The notes under the pieces were generated by a model. The model was not told the DNA's origin, made no database searches, and saw only the letters and a program-made list of their open reading frames with translations. The position numbers and the translations under genes were made by a program. DNA of 60,000 nucleotides from Schmidtea polychroa (taxonomy: Eukaryota), in contig CM097885.1 in assembly GCA_044892525.1 (NCBI GenBank), positions 3,846,001 to 3,906,000 on the forward strand, written 5' to 3'. This document shows, in pieces, positions 1 through 13,264 of the stretch (its first letter is position 1; each line of letters starts with the position of its first letter).

Positions 1-177
1 CCATGAATCTGATGGTAGCAATAGCCAAATTTGAGTAATATAATGATTGCTTTATCATCCGAAATTTAAAAAAATACTCAATATCCCTCAAAAGATTTAT
101 CAGTTCCAGAAAACAGTGACAAAAATCAATACATCAACGCCGATAGAAACAAATCGGATGAATAATTATTTACTTAC

Positions 178-926
178 TCGATATCGCACCGCCATAATTT
201 CCTTCAGTAGCGCAGCACACAGCCTCAGATCGTCCGATAATCGAGGCCTCTTTAAATGATGATCGTCTGAAAATTCTGATTTTAATTTACTTTTAAAAAT
301 AGGCGGACTCGGAGTAGGCGACATATCGTAACAGGAATCTATTTTGGCTCGCTTGGCACTGCTTGCAGCTTTACTTGATGAGACGCTATTCTGTGGCGAT
401 CCAACAGATGATTTATCGCTTTTATGATTGGGGATTCGACCTTTTTTACTACCGTCTTCGTGTCTAATTTTTGTACTGACTACTTCATATTCTTCTACAG
501 GCATCAATTTTAATTTTTCACGAGTCAAGATTTCTAAAGCTCTAGCCATGTTAACTATATCAGTTCCGGGAGGATTATAAATATAGCAGTTGCAGAATAT
601 TTGAAATAAATCTTGAACGCAATCACTAGCTCTACGATAATATTTTTGAGCCAAACGTACTTTAATTTTGGATATATCCATAGGAGCTTTTATGATTTCG
701 GGATAATCCTAGAGAAACTGAAGATAAACATTAACGACATTAAAATTATCCATACTGGTAAATTTAAGGTAATATAATCAACAGCTTTGGCAAAAGGATA
801 TGCATGTGGATTTTTCAGTATAACCGGAATAATTTGTTTTTTAATATATTCTAATTTGTTTGTCATTATTTTTGATGGTTTCATTTTTTCAACTGGACCA
901 CTGTCAATTGTAAGAATTCCTTCCAT
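178..926 (-). CDS. BET-family bromodomain protein (BRD2/3/4-like), 5' exons; gene probably continues beyond the left edge
   Basis: Exon 926-756, 47-nt GT-AG intron 755-709, exon 708-178, then donor GTAAGT. The spliced product reads HAYPFAKAVDYITLNLP/DYPEIIKAPMDISKIKVRL...FCNCYIYNPPGTDIVNMARALE (BET bromodomain 1) followed by LSDDLRLCAALLKEIM (start of bromodomain 2). Confidence 0.9.
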
Positions 927-1799
927 CCAAAACTTAGGAGTTTTTAATAATAAATATTAGAAAAGAATATCTATTTTTTATAGAGCGAAACCCGACAAGT
1001 ATAAAGCAGAATAAATGTTTATTTAAACAAAATTGTAAACAAGTTAATATTAAAACGCACAATTTATAAATTTTATTTATTATTGTCCAAATTTTTAATA
1101 TTAAAAGATAATTAAAATTAATACTTCTAATGTTTCTTTTGTGTCTTTTGTTTCTGTCTTAAATGTGGAAATTTAAAATTTTTAAATAATGATAATGAAA
1201 ATAAGTTTAATTAAAATTTTAATTATAACGTGGTTTCATTTAATTTAGAACATGAAATGTTTAAATGACGTTTTCAAAAATCTTGAATTGAATTATCTTT
1301 GAAGATGAAAATATAACTGTTTCCAAAGAAATATTATTATTTAATTAAATGATATTGTAAAGTGAAAGGAGATTACAAAATTTTCGTGGCGTTGATGCAA
1401 AAAGTGGACAAACTTTTATGTGAAATGCAGATTATTCATAGCACAAGTAATTTTTCTTTTTAATTATGGTGATAAAATTGTATTTCTTCGTGGCTGATTT
1501 AAGGTCATTCTGCATTGGGAGCAATTAAATATGTAAACATAGATTAGTTTTTAGGTACACAATAAGGAAATGGAGGTCTACTGCTCATGTAGCCAGCTTT
1601 TAATTTCTACATACATTAACATTCAATAAGTGACTCTATGTCCGTTCTATTCTTATATACGTTGCTTGGACTTATTTTATTTTCTTTATTTATGAATCTA
1701 CTCACGTAGAAACAAGATCACTTGATCACTAAATATATCTTTAATAATTGTTCTGACTTAGATAGTAATTAATATTTCCATGAGAAACAGATATTGTAG

Positions 1800-2520
1800 A
1801 GCTGCCAATATAAAAAATTAATTCAGCATATTGACTGAATTGACGATGGTTGAGAGAATTTCCTTTTGAGAAAGTTCACTGTTTTTGTAATCAAATTAAT
1901 CACTTGGTTCAATTTTAATGTCTTTGAACACAAATTTTGTTGATGAACAATACAGATTAAAATGGGCAAATGATGAATCTGGATACGATTTCTAAATTTT
2001 CGTTCGCAATTTGGTAGCAACACCATTATTCTTGTCGGACATATTCGCTACACCGTCAGTAAATAAGCACACAAGTTTACTCAGGTCGAATTGATAGTCA
2101 TTCAAAATTCCTTAAACTTTTCCAAAAATGTCTTCGCTTCTCATTGTATCGTGCTTTTGAATCAATTCGATAAGTTTTTCGTAAACATTAAATTCAGTGT
2201 CACAGGTCCTGATGAACATTGCGAGCTGTATGAGTCCTGTGATATCAAAAGTTTCGTACAACGCAATAGAAAAATACTCAAATTTTCACGTTGCAGCCCT
2301 TTAATGTGGTTTCAGATTATCCACCATTAAATAAATACGTCCAGCATTGGCGTTTCTAGTTAATAATATGTTCTTAAATAACTGCGCTTACTATGGGCAC
2401 ACAGTGTCAGCCGTTTTGCAAGGTGTTGCTTTACGAAATCTCCTTAACTAATAGATTTACCGCTTATGGCGATCATTCGGCTGAGTTCATAGCCTGCATG
2501 TACTACTGTTTCATTTTCTT
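1800..2520 (-). pseudogene. hAT (Buster/SPIN, GTF2IRD2-like) transposase relic
   Basis: Broken minus-strand frames give YFSIALYETFDITGLIQLAMFIR and CIVHQQNLCSKTLKLNQVINLITKTVNFL, matching the FSLALDESTD and HCIIHQENLC motifs; stops and frameshifts present. Confidence 0.75.
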
Positions 2521-2811
2521 GAACTAACTTTGTAAATAAAGATTGCTATTTTTAGTCCCAATTTGAGCTCCTTCAATTTTTCTTCTCTCATTAATCATTC
2601 ATATTTATTATATATTGATAAATGTGGTTCATAGTGACGTTTAAAGTTATATCTTTGGCACATTAATAATATTATTATTTAACAAGCAAATTATATTATC
2701 TTTTCCTTCACAGCAAAAATATTCCAATTTACTTTCCTTGAAAATTTTGGTGTTTATCACCAATTCTTCTTTTTGACATTTTGAATACAAAAGGTTGAAT
2801 TAATTAATTTA

Positions 2812-3812
2812 CACCTAATTTCGAAATATAAAAGTTTCTATAATCTAAAAAAATCGATTAAGTTATAGTATAGGATCACACAAACTTACCCGGGTGTAAA
2901 TATTTAATGTTTCAAAATTTACAAGTTTTTATATAGAAGTTGAGAAAGCATTAGAAAAATCTTTTACACACAAACACAGCACACAAAATACAAGCAAATT
3001 CTTAAGAGACTTTTTCGTTTTATAATTTAAAAGTGATTAACATATTGTTAACATATTAGTATTTTCAATTTATTAAAGAAAAGCATTGTGGAGAAAATAT
3101 TTGTAGAAAAAATGACAAAAAACCTTCGTAAGATTTAAAAGATTATTTATAAATTTAATATTTTTTTATAATTTCAGATATTATAATCAGTATATTTATA
3201 ATGAAAATAAATATTTCATTGTCTGGTTTAAGAAATCTTTTCGCTATAATACCTATAAGTGATAATTGGATATTTAAAACAAATTCAAATATTCAACCAG
3301 GTCCTTCTACCTCCTTTGTTTTCGAGGGGAAAAATCGTAAATTTTATTAACTTATTTCTAAAAAAATAATATTTTAATAGAATCAGAATATGACAAAATT
3401 CGATTAATTGATGCCTTCGAAAGTAGCGAATATTGCTATTAATTTGAAAGATTAGTGAAGATGTTTTAAAAAATAAATGTTTTTGGAAATTACTTTCATT
3501 TAATAAATAATTCAAAATTGATCTGACTAACATTATATCGAAAAAATTTAAAATAATTCTAAAATAAATTTCATAAAATTCTTAAAAAAAACATGAAAAT
3601 TAATCAAAAATAATTTATAATGCACGTGTTGACTAAAGATAATAATTAAGAACATGAATGATCATCTCATGATTATATAAAATCAAATTCATGCCTTTAA
3701 ATATAATTAAAATTAAAAAAACATACATAATAGCCATTTTGAAAATTGAATAAACAAACTTCATTTTCTCATAAATGGTGAGTGTATTATAGAAACCTTT
3801 GTTGGAGTTAGT
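2812..3812 (+). mobile_element. ~1 kb TA-flanked TIR element (family A), diverged copy
   Basis: Starts TA|CACCTAATTTCGAAAT and is colinear with 4302-5260; right end degenerate and approximate. Confidence 0.65.
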
Positions 3813-3924
3813 ACTGTTGAGGATAACTAAATAATAAATAATTGATAAATAAATAAAATTACCTCTCGGAAAATCGTCATGACAAAAGGGACGGTTTATC
3901 GGAACTCGAAGAAACTTGAAAAAA

Positions 3925-4300
3925 ATTAACTGATGAAGGCAGTCAGCGATCAGATGACGAAATCTAGTAATTTTAAGTAATATTTAACTCTCGTACAAGA
4001 AAAGGTGAATGCCCTTAAGGTTCTCTACCTTAGTGAGTAAGAAAACCGACTTGCAAAATAATAACACTTTTACATTTAGAAATTAGGTGAATTTCGAGCA
4101 TTACTAGGCCGAAAATATTAGGATAACTGCTTAAATTGCTTGTAATTCTTATATTCAAAAAGCAAAATATTTTGCGTTTAGTGCACCGATGCATCTCATC
4201 AAGCAGTTCAGTACAACACAACATCACAGATGACATGTGCGAACACACATCAATTTGCACAAATACACACAGATAACCGTACACACTCGAAGAAAAATAT
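3925..4300. repeat. Dispersed repeat, second copy at about 17895-18400
   Basis: Near-identical blocks; both give the same ORF-track translation (MYGYLCVFVQI...). The 18380 copy shows the empty site of the 4302 insertion. Confidence 0.8.
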
Positions 4301-4301
4301 A

Positions 4302-5260
4302 CACCTAATTCCGAAATTTAATAACTTCTATAATCTAAAAAAAATCAATAAATATATATTATAGGAACACACAAACTTACCTGTGTGTAGGAATTTATTA
4401 TTCCGAAATTTAGTAACTTTATTATAGGTTTTGTGAAGGTGAGAGAAAAATAACAAAACACACCAACACAAAACACATAATGAAAAATGCATGCAAAATT
4501 CTTATATAGGTTTTTGTTCCGAAATAAATAACTGTTAACATATTGTTAACATATTGTTAAAATATAATTATTTTAAAATTATTAAAAAATGGAAGAAAAT
4601 ACTTTTAATTTAGATTCCGACAGCTCTACCTTGAGCTTTAGGGAAAAAGAAGAAAATACAATGTAAGTTTTATTCATTAAATTACAAACTATTAAAATAT
4701 TTTATAGTATGTGCGAAGGCAGCATTTCAAATATTGAAGGTCCTTCGAGATCTTTTGATTTACAGAAAGAAAAAAGCCATCGAAAATGAGCTGCAGAAAG
4801 AAGATTATAAAAATTTAAGAAACTATATTTCGTTCATGTACGCCGATTTTTCCCTAAATGTCTTAAAAAAATAAATGTGTTTAGTGATTAATTGTATTTA
4901 TTTATAAATATAAAAATATCTAACTTACATTTTAGCGAAATAATTCCATATTAATGCATAAAATATCATAAATTTCCTAAAAAAACACCTGAAATTTAAT
5001 TATTAATATATTATATTATAAATGATGACTAACAGAGATATTTAAGAACTTGAATAATGATCTCATAATTATATAAGATCAAAATTCAAGTCTTAAAATA
5101 TACTTGAAATTAAAAAAATTACCTGAAAACCATTTTTGTTGCTAATAAATTATTGAATAAATGAAATTGAGTAACTTCATTTTCACGTAAATGGTGACTC
5201 ACTCAACTGGTGTGCACACCAACGTGAATTATAGAGGTTACTCAATTTTGGAATTGGGTG
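4302..5260 (+). mobile_element. ~1 kb TA-flanked TIR element (family A)
   Basis: TA|CACCTAATTCCGAAATT...AATTTTGGAATTGGGTG|TA, ~35-bp imperfect TIRs. Empty site visible at about 18380-18395. Confidence 0.85.
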
Positions 5261-5578
5261 TAGCTGTTAATTAGGTATTCATTATGCACTGTGGGAGCTG
5301 CTGTCAACCGCCAACGCAACCGGAGTTGCTGGAATAATAAAAATAATTAAATGTAAATTTTAACCTACGTGCGACACAGTTGGAACCCGCCTAGCCGGCG
5401 GTTGTTGGCGCCGGAAAAATATACGATCCCATGAAGAAAACAACTTTTATTCCGAGGGTACTATTATAATTCCAATAGTCCATTATTATTATTATAAATT
5501 ATTCAGATTCCATTATTATAGTGCACCACAACCATGATTTAATGTTTTAATGAATTAGTTGATTTATTACGTAATGAA

Positions 5579-5581
<3 letters not shown>

Positions 5582-5657
<76 letters not shown>
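5582..5657. repeat. (AAT)n microsatellite
   Basis: Direct reading. Confidence 0.98.
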
Positions 5658-5750
5658 TGGTTAATTCGCGCCTGTGTGCGCTGTTTACTTGTTTTTGGAG
5701 TTAATTTGTGTGCGTACACAGACGCGGACAATTGTAGAATTATTAGTTTA

Positions 5751-6727
5751 CACCTAACCGCGAAAGTTAACATTGTCTATAATATACGTTGGTGTGCACA
5801 CCACCTGAGGTGAGTCACCAATTATAGGACAATGTTAACTTAATTTCATTTATTCTATTTTTCAAAAATCATTTTAAGGTAGGTTTTTGAATTGAAGTAA
5901 TTTTTAGGACTTGAATTTTGATTTTATATAATTATGAGATCTTTATTCAAGTTCTTAAATATTACTGTTAGTCAGCATTTATAATATTGATAATATATAA
6001 CATTGATAATTAAATTTCAGGTGTTTTTTAGGAATTTTATGGTATTTTATTTGGATTTATTTGGATTTATTTTGTAAAAATGTAAGTTAGATATTTTTAT
6101 AATTATAAATAAGTAAAGTAATCACCAAACATTTATTTTTTAAAGACATTTAGTAAAGAATGGATAAAATATTTTTTAAGTTTTTGTAATCTTTTTTCGA
6201 ATTTTGTTTATTTCTGTAATTCTATGAAAATATTAATTTGTTAAAATAATTTATTAAAATTTACGATTTGCGATATTTTTCCTGCAAATTCAAAGATGTC
6301 GAAGGATCTTCTTCAATATCTGTAAATCTAAAGAAATTTTATATTCTAAATTATTTTATAATTAAATCTTACGATGTATTTACTTCTTTTTCCCTAAAGC
6401 TCAAGGTAGAGCAGTCAGAATCTGATTCAAAAGTTTTTTTGTACATAACTTTTTAAATAATTTGAAAATATTGATATGTTAATTATATGTTAATCAATGT
6501 TAATTTCGCATGAAAAACACTTTGCTTAATTTTGTATGTATTTTTCATTATGTATGTTGTGTTTGTATGCTTAATTATTTTCTCTCACTTTTTAGATTCC
6601 TATAATAATAATGTTAAATTTCGCAGCATTAAATTTCTACACACAGGTAAGTTTGTGTGTTCCTATAATATATATTTATTGATTTTTTTTTTAGATTATA
6701 GATAATGTTATATTTCGCGGTTAGGTG
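5751..6727 (-). mobile_element. ~1 kb TA-flanked TIR element (family A)
   Basis: TA|CACCTAACCGCGAAAGTTAACATTGTCTATAAT...ATTATAGATAATGTTATATTTCGCGGTTAGGTG|TA; near-identical to 18401-19374. Confidence 0.9.
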
Positions 6728-6731
6728 TATT

Positions 6732-6810
6732 TCGCGCCTGTGTGCGCTTTTTACCTTTTTGGATTATTTTGTGTGCGCACACAGACGCTGACAATTGTGG
6801 AATTATTAGT
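6732..6810 (+). promoter_or_regulatory. CpG-rich CGCGCCTGTGTGCGC / GTGTGCGCACAC motif block upstream of the RNF115/126-like ORF; related copies at 5667-5745 and 12505-12662
   Basis: Recurring GC-rich palindromic motif in AT-rich DNA, lying just upstream of both RNF-derived ORFs. Promoter role is inferred. Confidence 0.4.
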
Positions 6811-6949
6811 CAGATTTGTTTTTTTTGATCGATTTTTGGATGGTTGGAGCTTTTCGAATTCTGGAAGTTTGATAGAATTTTGTTTTAAATTTTAAAAGGG
6901 TTTGTGAATTTGAATTGAATAAAATTGATATTCGGATTTTGGTTCTTTA

Positions 6950-7930
6950 ATGACTTCAATTAAAGATAATTACTATGATATTCAATGCAACAGGGACGTT
7001 CACATATCTCAGGATGGTAAATGTGTGACGTGCAATGATGGATTTATTGAAAGAATTGAATCTGATAACTCAATGGAAAATGATGATGCCTTGAATGTTT
7101 CTCATATTATTCATCATAACTCAATGGTAAATGATGGTGATGCCTTGAATGTTTCTCATATTATTTGTCATAACTCAATGGTAAATGATGGTGATGCCTT
7201 GAATGTTTTTCATATTATTCGTCATAACTCAATGGTAAATGATGATGATGCCTTGAATGTTTTTCATATTATTCGTTATAACTCAATGGAAAATGATGAT
7301 GATGCCTTGAATGTTTTTCATATTATTCGTTATAACTCAATGGTAAATGATGATGATGCCTTGAATGTTTTTCATATTATTCGTTATAACTCAATGGAAA
7401 ATGATGATGATGCCTTGAATGTTTTTCTTCTTATTCGTCATATTCCTGATGGAAGTACTACAAACGAAACTGATGGTTCCTTTTTTATGACTCCAAGAAA
7501 TCCTAATAACAGAAATAGTGTTTTTGGCCAACTAATGTCAAATATATTTGGTGGATTGCTGCCACTGGATTTTAGATCAGAGTCGTCGGATTACATAGTT
7601 TCAGATCAAAGTTTCGACAATTTTGTAACGAGTATTATGAATCAATTTGAACAGAGTGGTCCTCCACCAGCAAATGAGGCAGATACTGAGAAATTACAAG
7701 TCAAGAAAATCACCGCAGCTAATGATACAGGTTCCATTTTTCTGTCAGATTATGAGGTGGCCGATGAAGTGTACGAGTTGTTCTGTCAGCATAGATACCC
7801 TGTTCAGTGTCGAGAAACGTGGATGATTATGATAATGACCAGGCTTCAAAGGACGATTAAAGATGGTAGCAGAGCGTGGTTCCCTTCAGGGGCTACGCAT
7901 CAATGTTTCAGTGGAGACAGCTCTGGCTGA
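6950..7930 (+). pseudogene. RNF115/RNF126-like E3 ligase derivative, intronless, degenerate RING-H2
   Basis: N-terminal zinc-ribbon-like QCNRDV...CVTCNDGFIERI; DY...IMNQFEQSGPPPA; a RING remnant DYEVADEVYELFCQHRYPVQCRETW lacking several ligands. The ORF is still open over 326 codons. Confidence 0.75.
7066..7445 (+). repeat. In-frame 57-60 bp minisatellite, ~6 units, encoding NSMxNDxDALNVFHIIRY
   Basis: Direct reading of DNA and protein. Confidence 0.95.
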
Positions 7931-8109
7931 TCAATGGTGATTTAAACATTCTATTTTGCATTCATTTAAATTTTATTTGCATTTCTGTAAAATTAACCAT
8001 CCTCCCTTCCCTATCGAGCGTGAAAAAGTGCTGCTATGGGTCCCAGCACTTTTTTAAAGTGGGTAGCCAGGCAAACAGTGTAAAGAAAAAAAAAGCTCAG
8101 CTTTTTGCG

Positions 8110-8690
8110 AGCTAAGTCAAGGGTGAGGGCGAATTTATATGTGAATTGATAAACGAGATCCGAAAACAATCCAACCGGAGTTTGAGATTTACTAACAAAC
8201 ATATTACGTACTTTGCACGATTTTGAAACAATTTTATAATTCAATTTACCAAGCTGTTTACCAATCTTTCTTTTGTAATCGATATATCCTTCCGAATATT
8301 TATCAACCGTGTTTTTCTTAGATTTAAATTCAAAAAAACTCTCTGGGGTATAGTCTCTAGTATAGAGGACAGCATCTGTTGGTTTTCTATAAATCTCAGT
8401 TTCATATTGTTCATCTTTACGTTTAATTAACAAGTCAAGAAACGCTATGGATGAATCCTTCTCAGTTTAACATGTAAATACAATGTTCTTATGCAATCCA
8501 TTCATGTAATGCAAAATTGGTTTCACATTTTCATTATCTTAAAATATCAGAAAAACATCATCAACATTCCTTTTATTCACAATTGGTTTTTCATATTGAA
8601 AAGAAGCAATTTTCTTTTCTAAACTTGCAAAAATATTGACGCCATTGTTGGTGCTAAGGGAGAACCTTTAAAAACCATCAATTTGTTCAT
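8110..8690 (-). pseudogene. Penelope-like element RT relic
   Basis: YETEIYRKPTD, YSEGY and PVGLFSDLVYQF match the ORF at 22887-24719; frameshifted. A related fragment lies at about 38880-38975 (+). Confidence 0.8.
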
Positions 8691-9479
8691 ATAATTATTG
8701 ATTTATTTAATTTACTACAAATTTTCATTTTCCCGATTGACTTATTTTAATTATTTCAAATATTTTTGATTCAAGATTTAAATTAAATTCTAATTTTTGG
8801 ATCATTGAAATATCCAATTATCCAATTGTGGATCATTCCCAATATTTATAACCATAACGAGATCATTAGATCAAAGGCCAGAACCTCACAATTCCTGAAT
8901 ACATTAATAACTTGGTTAGCGTTACCCAGTAAAATTTTATTCAAATCTTAAACAATTTTTCTTTAAAAATTGAATGAAATATATTTATTATTTTGTTAAA
9001 AAGTATTTGAAGAAACAATATTAATTTTATTTGAATTTTTATTTTTGCTGTGATGATTTTGAATTCCTTCCTAATCTGTTCAAATCAAATTTAATTTTAG
9101 ATAAAATCTTTAAATTATTACTTTTTTATTTTAATATTTTATAAAAAATATTTATTTTTATATTTTGATCTATTTTTAATTTAGATTTTCCGTTTAAAAT
9201 GTTATTTAATTTTCCATCAAAATTTTACTTTTTGTTATCAAATTATAATTTAAATAATTTTGTAAGAAAAACACTGAAAATTAACATTAATAAAATTTCA
9301 AATTAAGCTCAAAGCTAAATTACAATATTTATGAAATGTTTGTTTATCTACATCAAAATACAAATTATAAATATTGAAATTGTAAACGTCAGAGGAAATA
9401 ATTAATATAATAAGTATGATTTATGATTTATGTTGTAAAATGTTGAAATATTTTGATAATTTTGTTAATTTTAGATAAA

Positions 9480-11402
9480 ATGTTTGCAAGCGTATGGGAA
9501 ATGATGAAGAGAAATAAATTTGAATTTGATAATGAAATCAGCAGCGAATTGATATGCAGAATTTGCAAATGTTTAATGATAAAGGCTTGCAATGCTCCTT
9601 GTGGTTGTCGCTTTTGTTCTGATTGCATTGAGCATTATTTGGATGGAAAAGATAAATTCTGTCCAGGAGCAGCAAAATATTGTGAAGTTCAAACTATTCT
9701 TTTCAATAAAGATGTTTCTGTGGATCACCCAGTCAATTTAAGGATATCTGAAGTCATTGTAAAATGCCCAATGAAAAATTGTGAATTCAAAACCGAGTTG
9801 TGCATGATGGAGAGCCACATGAGAACATGCAACAACCAGCCAATCAGATGCCCGTTCAATAGAATTGGATGCGAAATAAATGAGGTAGAAAAAAACGAAA
9901 TGAAAGTTCATTTCAATGATAACAATGAAGGTCATAGCAAATTATTGATTGATCAGATCAGTAATTTATGCAATGAGATGCAAGCGATAAGAGATAAGAA
10001 TATGAAATTGCTTAACGAAATTATCGAATTGAAAGGAGAAATCACGCAAGTCAAACAACAATTTGATATTATCAATGTAAAATTTTATTTGTAATTAATT
10101 TTATTGATATTTATGACTGGAGGTGAAATTGTGCAATATTGAAAGGAAAGAGGCTGAGAATAGAGAGGAAATAGAAGAATTGAATGAGGAAATGGTTGCA
10201 GTGAAGAATGAGAATCGCTCATTGAGAATGGAGATGGAGACAAATATTGGATCTATCAATCAAGTTTGAATATTGATTTGGTTTGATATTGATTTGTTAT
10301 TGATGCAAAGCAGATCAGACAGCAAATTGAGGTGATTGAATCAAAATGTCAACAGCAAATTGATGAGATGAAAGAGAAATGCGAGCAGCGGCTGCAACGT
10401 GAGAATGAAAAGGTGATTTATTGATTTATTGAAATGTTTGAATCTGAGATTCAGTTGCAGCTTGAAATGGCGAAATCCACCAATGAAATTCGGCCGATTT
10501 TAACAAAATTGGCAAATGAAAATTATACAAATTACGGATTTTTTGAATGGCAAATCGATAAATTTTCTCAACAAAAGAGAAATGAATATATTTACAGCGA
10601 GGCATTTTATTCCGGGCCAATCGGTTACAAAATGTGCTTGGCAGTGATGATTGGGCGTATTAATGATATTGAGGGTGCAATTGTGGTTGGTTTCTGTTTG
10701 ATGCATAAGGAAATAGATGAGCAATTAGATTGGCCTTTCAATCAATCGGTGAGAATTGATGTGATCGATCCAGAAAATGGCAACATTTATAAGAGCAAAT
10801 CAAGAAAATATTCAGATTGTCCTCGCCATGCCGGATGGAGGAAACCGTCAAATTACAGAAATGATCCAATTTGCATTTATAATTATTATTATGATGACTC
10901 AACCTATGAATTTGCAGCGAAAAGTGATAAATTGCTACTCAGGTGCAGAATTGAAAAATATATAACTTACGGATTTTTTGAATGGGAAATCGATAAACTT
11001 TCAAAACAAAATCTAGAAGAATATATTTACAGCAAGCCATTTTATTCAGGGCCAATCGGTTACAAAATGTGCTTGGCGGTGAAGATTGGGTATATTGAAG
11101 GTTTTGATGGTATGAGGTATGTATTTAGAGTTGCTTTCTGTTTGATGCGTGGGGAAAATGATGAGGAAATGGATTGGCCGTTCAAACAATCGGTGATAGT
11201 CGATGTGATCGATCCAGCAAATGGCAGCATCTATATGAGTCAGTCAATAAAATATTCAGATTGCCCTGATGATCCCGGATTGAGGAAACCGTCAAATGAC
11301 AGAAATGATCCAATTTGCATTTGTCATTATTATTATTATGACTATGAATTCGCAGCCAAAAGTGATAAATTGCTGCTGAGGTGCAGAATTGAAAAATTAT
11401 GA
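9480..11402 (+). CDS. TRAF-like protein with RING, TRAF Zn finger, coiled coil and two tandem MATH domains
   Basis: Predicted exons 9480-10076, 10123-10263, 10314-10412, 10455-11402 with phase-0 GT-AG introns. Motifs CRICKC...CGCRFCSDC and CPFNRIGC; YSxxFYSGPIGYKMCL and LDWPF/MDWPF each occur twice. Confidence 0.9.
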
Positions 11403-11535
11403 AAAATTTTAAAAAAACATTCAATAAAAAAATTGATTTATTTTGGCTTTTGATCTGTTTTATAATTTGCTTTATTATTATTATTGATTTATTATATTAG
11501 ATTATTATTGTAATATTCTATTGACATTCATCCGA

Positions 11536-11833
<298 letters not shown>

Positions 11834-11884
11834 GTTCATGTTTAAATTCAAGATCACGAATAATAATTTTATTTTTGAATAATA

Positions 11885-12357
11885 ACAATTCGTCCATGTC
11901 AATACCATAAGATAATGCCATCATTGAACAACCTAATGGTCGCATCTCAGTTGATTGGGTAGAAAGCTGCTCAATATCCGCAATAGAACGACATTATGTC
12001 ACAAGGCATTTCATATCCATGTTTATATCTAAATCGAGCTGCTTCCATTTGTGCACGACATACTTGAGATCGATAATCAGGGATCATACCAGTCATAACA
12101 CCAGTACTTTCAGTAATATTAAACAATCTTGTAGCTGAACTCTTCTCAATCATTTTATCTGGAACCTTTCTTTGTGTAGCTACTACATCACAATTATTGC
12201 ATCGAATATCTACGGAAATCCATCCACCAAATAAATTTAATATGAGTTGGCCAAAAACACCATTAAAGTTATCAGGATCTCTTGGGATCATAAAAAAGGA
12301 ACCATCAGTTTCGTTGGTAGTATTTCCCATTTTCATTTCTTCATTAAAAGCAGCCAT
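11885..12357 (-). pseudogene. Chimeric ORF: RNF115/126-like segment fused to a proteasome alpha-1 (PSMA6-like) fragment
   Basis: TTNETDGSFFM..R.P.N.N.VFGQL matches ORF 6950. It continues into VVATQRKVPDKM...VMTGMIPDYRSQVCRAQMEAARFRYKHGYEMP and, after a frameshift, IADIEQLSTQSTEMRPLGCSM, typical of PSMA6. Confidence 0.85.
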
Positions 12358-12739
12358 CTTATATCCGAAAAATCATAAGAAAACCAAAACCGAAATCGAT
12401 ACCATTAACAACTCTCTAAATCCATTCACATTCAAATCGATAAAATTCTAAATCTAAAATAAACAAATTACAACAAAACTAATTAATAAAATTGAAATAC
12501 CTATTGCTCGCGTCTGTGTGCGCACACAAGCCAAAAACAAAGAAAAGAAAAGCGCACACAGACGCGAGATAAACTAATAATTTGACCCAAAAACTGACAT
12601 TGCTCGCGTCTGTATGCGCACACAAACCCATCACACAATACAACGCGCACACAGACGCGCATTGAGCTCATAATCTCCATCAGTTTCTCCTTCTTCTTTT
12701 ATACTCAAACATAATTTGAAGATACATTCCCGTGTCAGT

Positions 12740-12852
12740 TTATCCCTTTTCCCCTTCATTTCTTGCACTTCCCTCGCCATTTTATCCCTTTTCCCCTTCA
12801 TTTTCTGCATTTCCCTCGCCATTTTATCCCTTCTCCCCTCCATTTTCTGCAT
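12740..12852. repeat. 42-bp pyrimidine-rich tandem repeat, ~3 units
   Basis: TTATCCCTTTTCCCCTTCATTTTCTGCATTTCCCTCGCCATT repeated. Confidence 0.85.
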
Positions 12853-13264
12853 TATGGCTCAATCTCCAATAACCCTCACACACCCATCTTTGTATTATAT
12901 AAGCCGCCGCACCATGCACCTTTTTTGAAAGATCATTGTGGATTCTCCACCCACCATCGCTATACTCGGCCAAGCAGCTGTCCCTGTTCAGTTTGTTTAG
13001 GTGTAATCTCTCCATTATTCTTTCTCCTATAGCTATAGGTATCATATATATCGTTAGTAGTTTTAATATTATTAACAATTGATGACCACCATCTTTTCAA
13101 AGTTAAATTATTATTATTTTTCAAAATATTATTAATTGGTCCAGAGGGCTCACACTTTTTTTCATCCCAAAATTTAATGTTCTTGCCAATGATTTTATTG
13201 ATGAATAGCTCATCTTAAAGCTCAGTGCAAGACCTTTAAGATGAGTTATAGATTCCTATCATCC

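Noticed and set aside
3930..3970. Hammerhead-like CTGATGA...GAAA (copy at about 17904 reads CTGAAGA)
   Set aside because: Stem II is mismatched and I could not form stem I; at best a decayed relic.
12631..13078. ORFs with repeated MAREMQKMKGKRDK
   Set aside because: Product of a 42-bp tandem repeat with no independent coding evidence.
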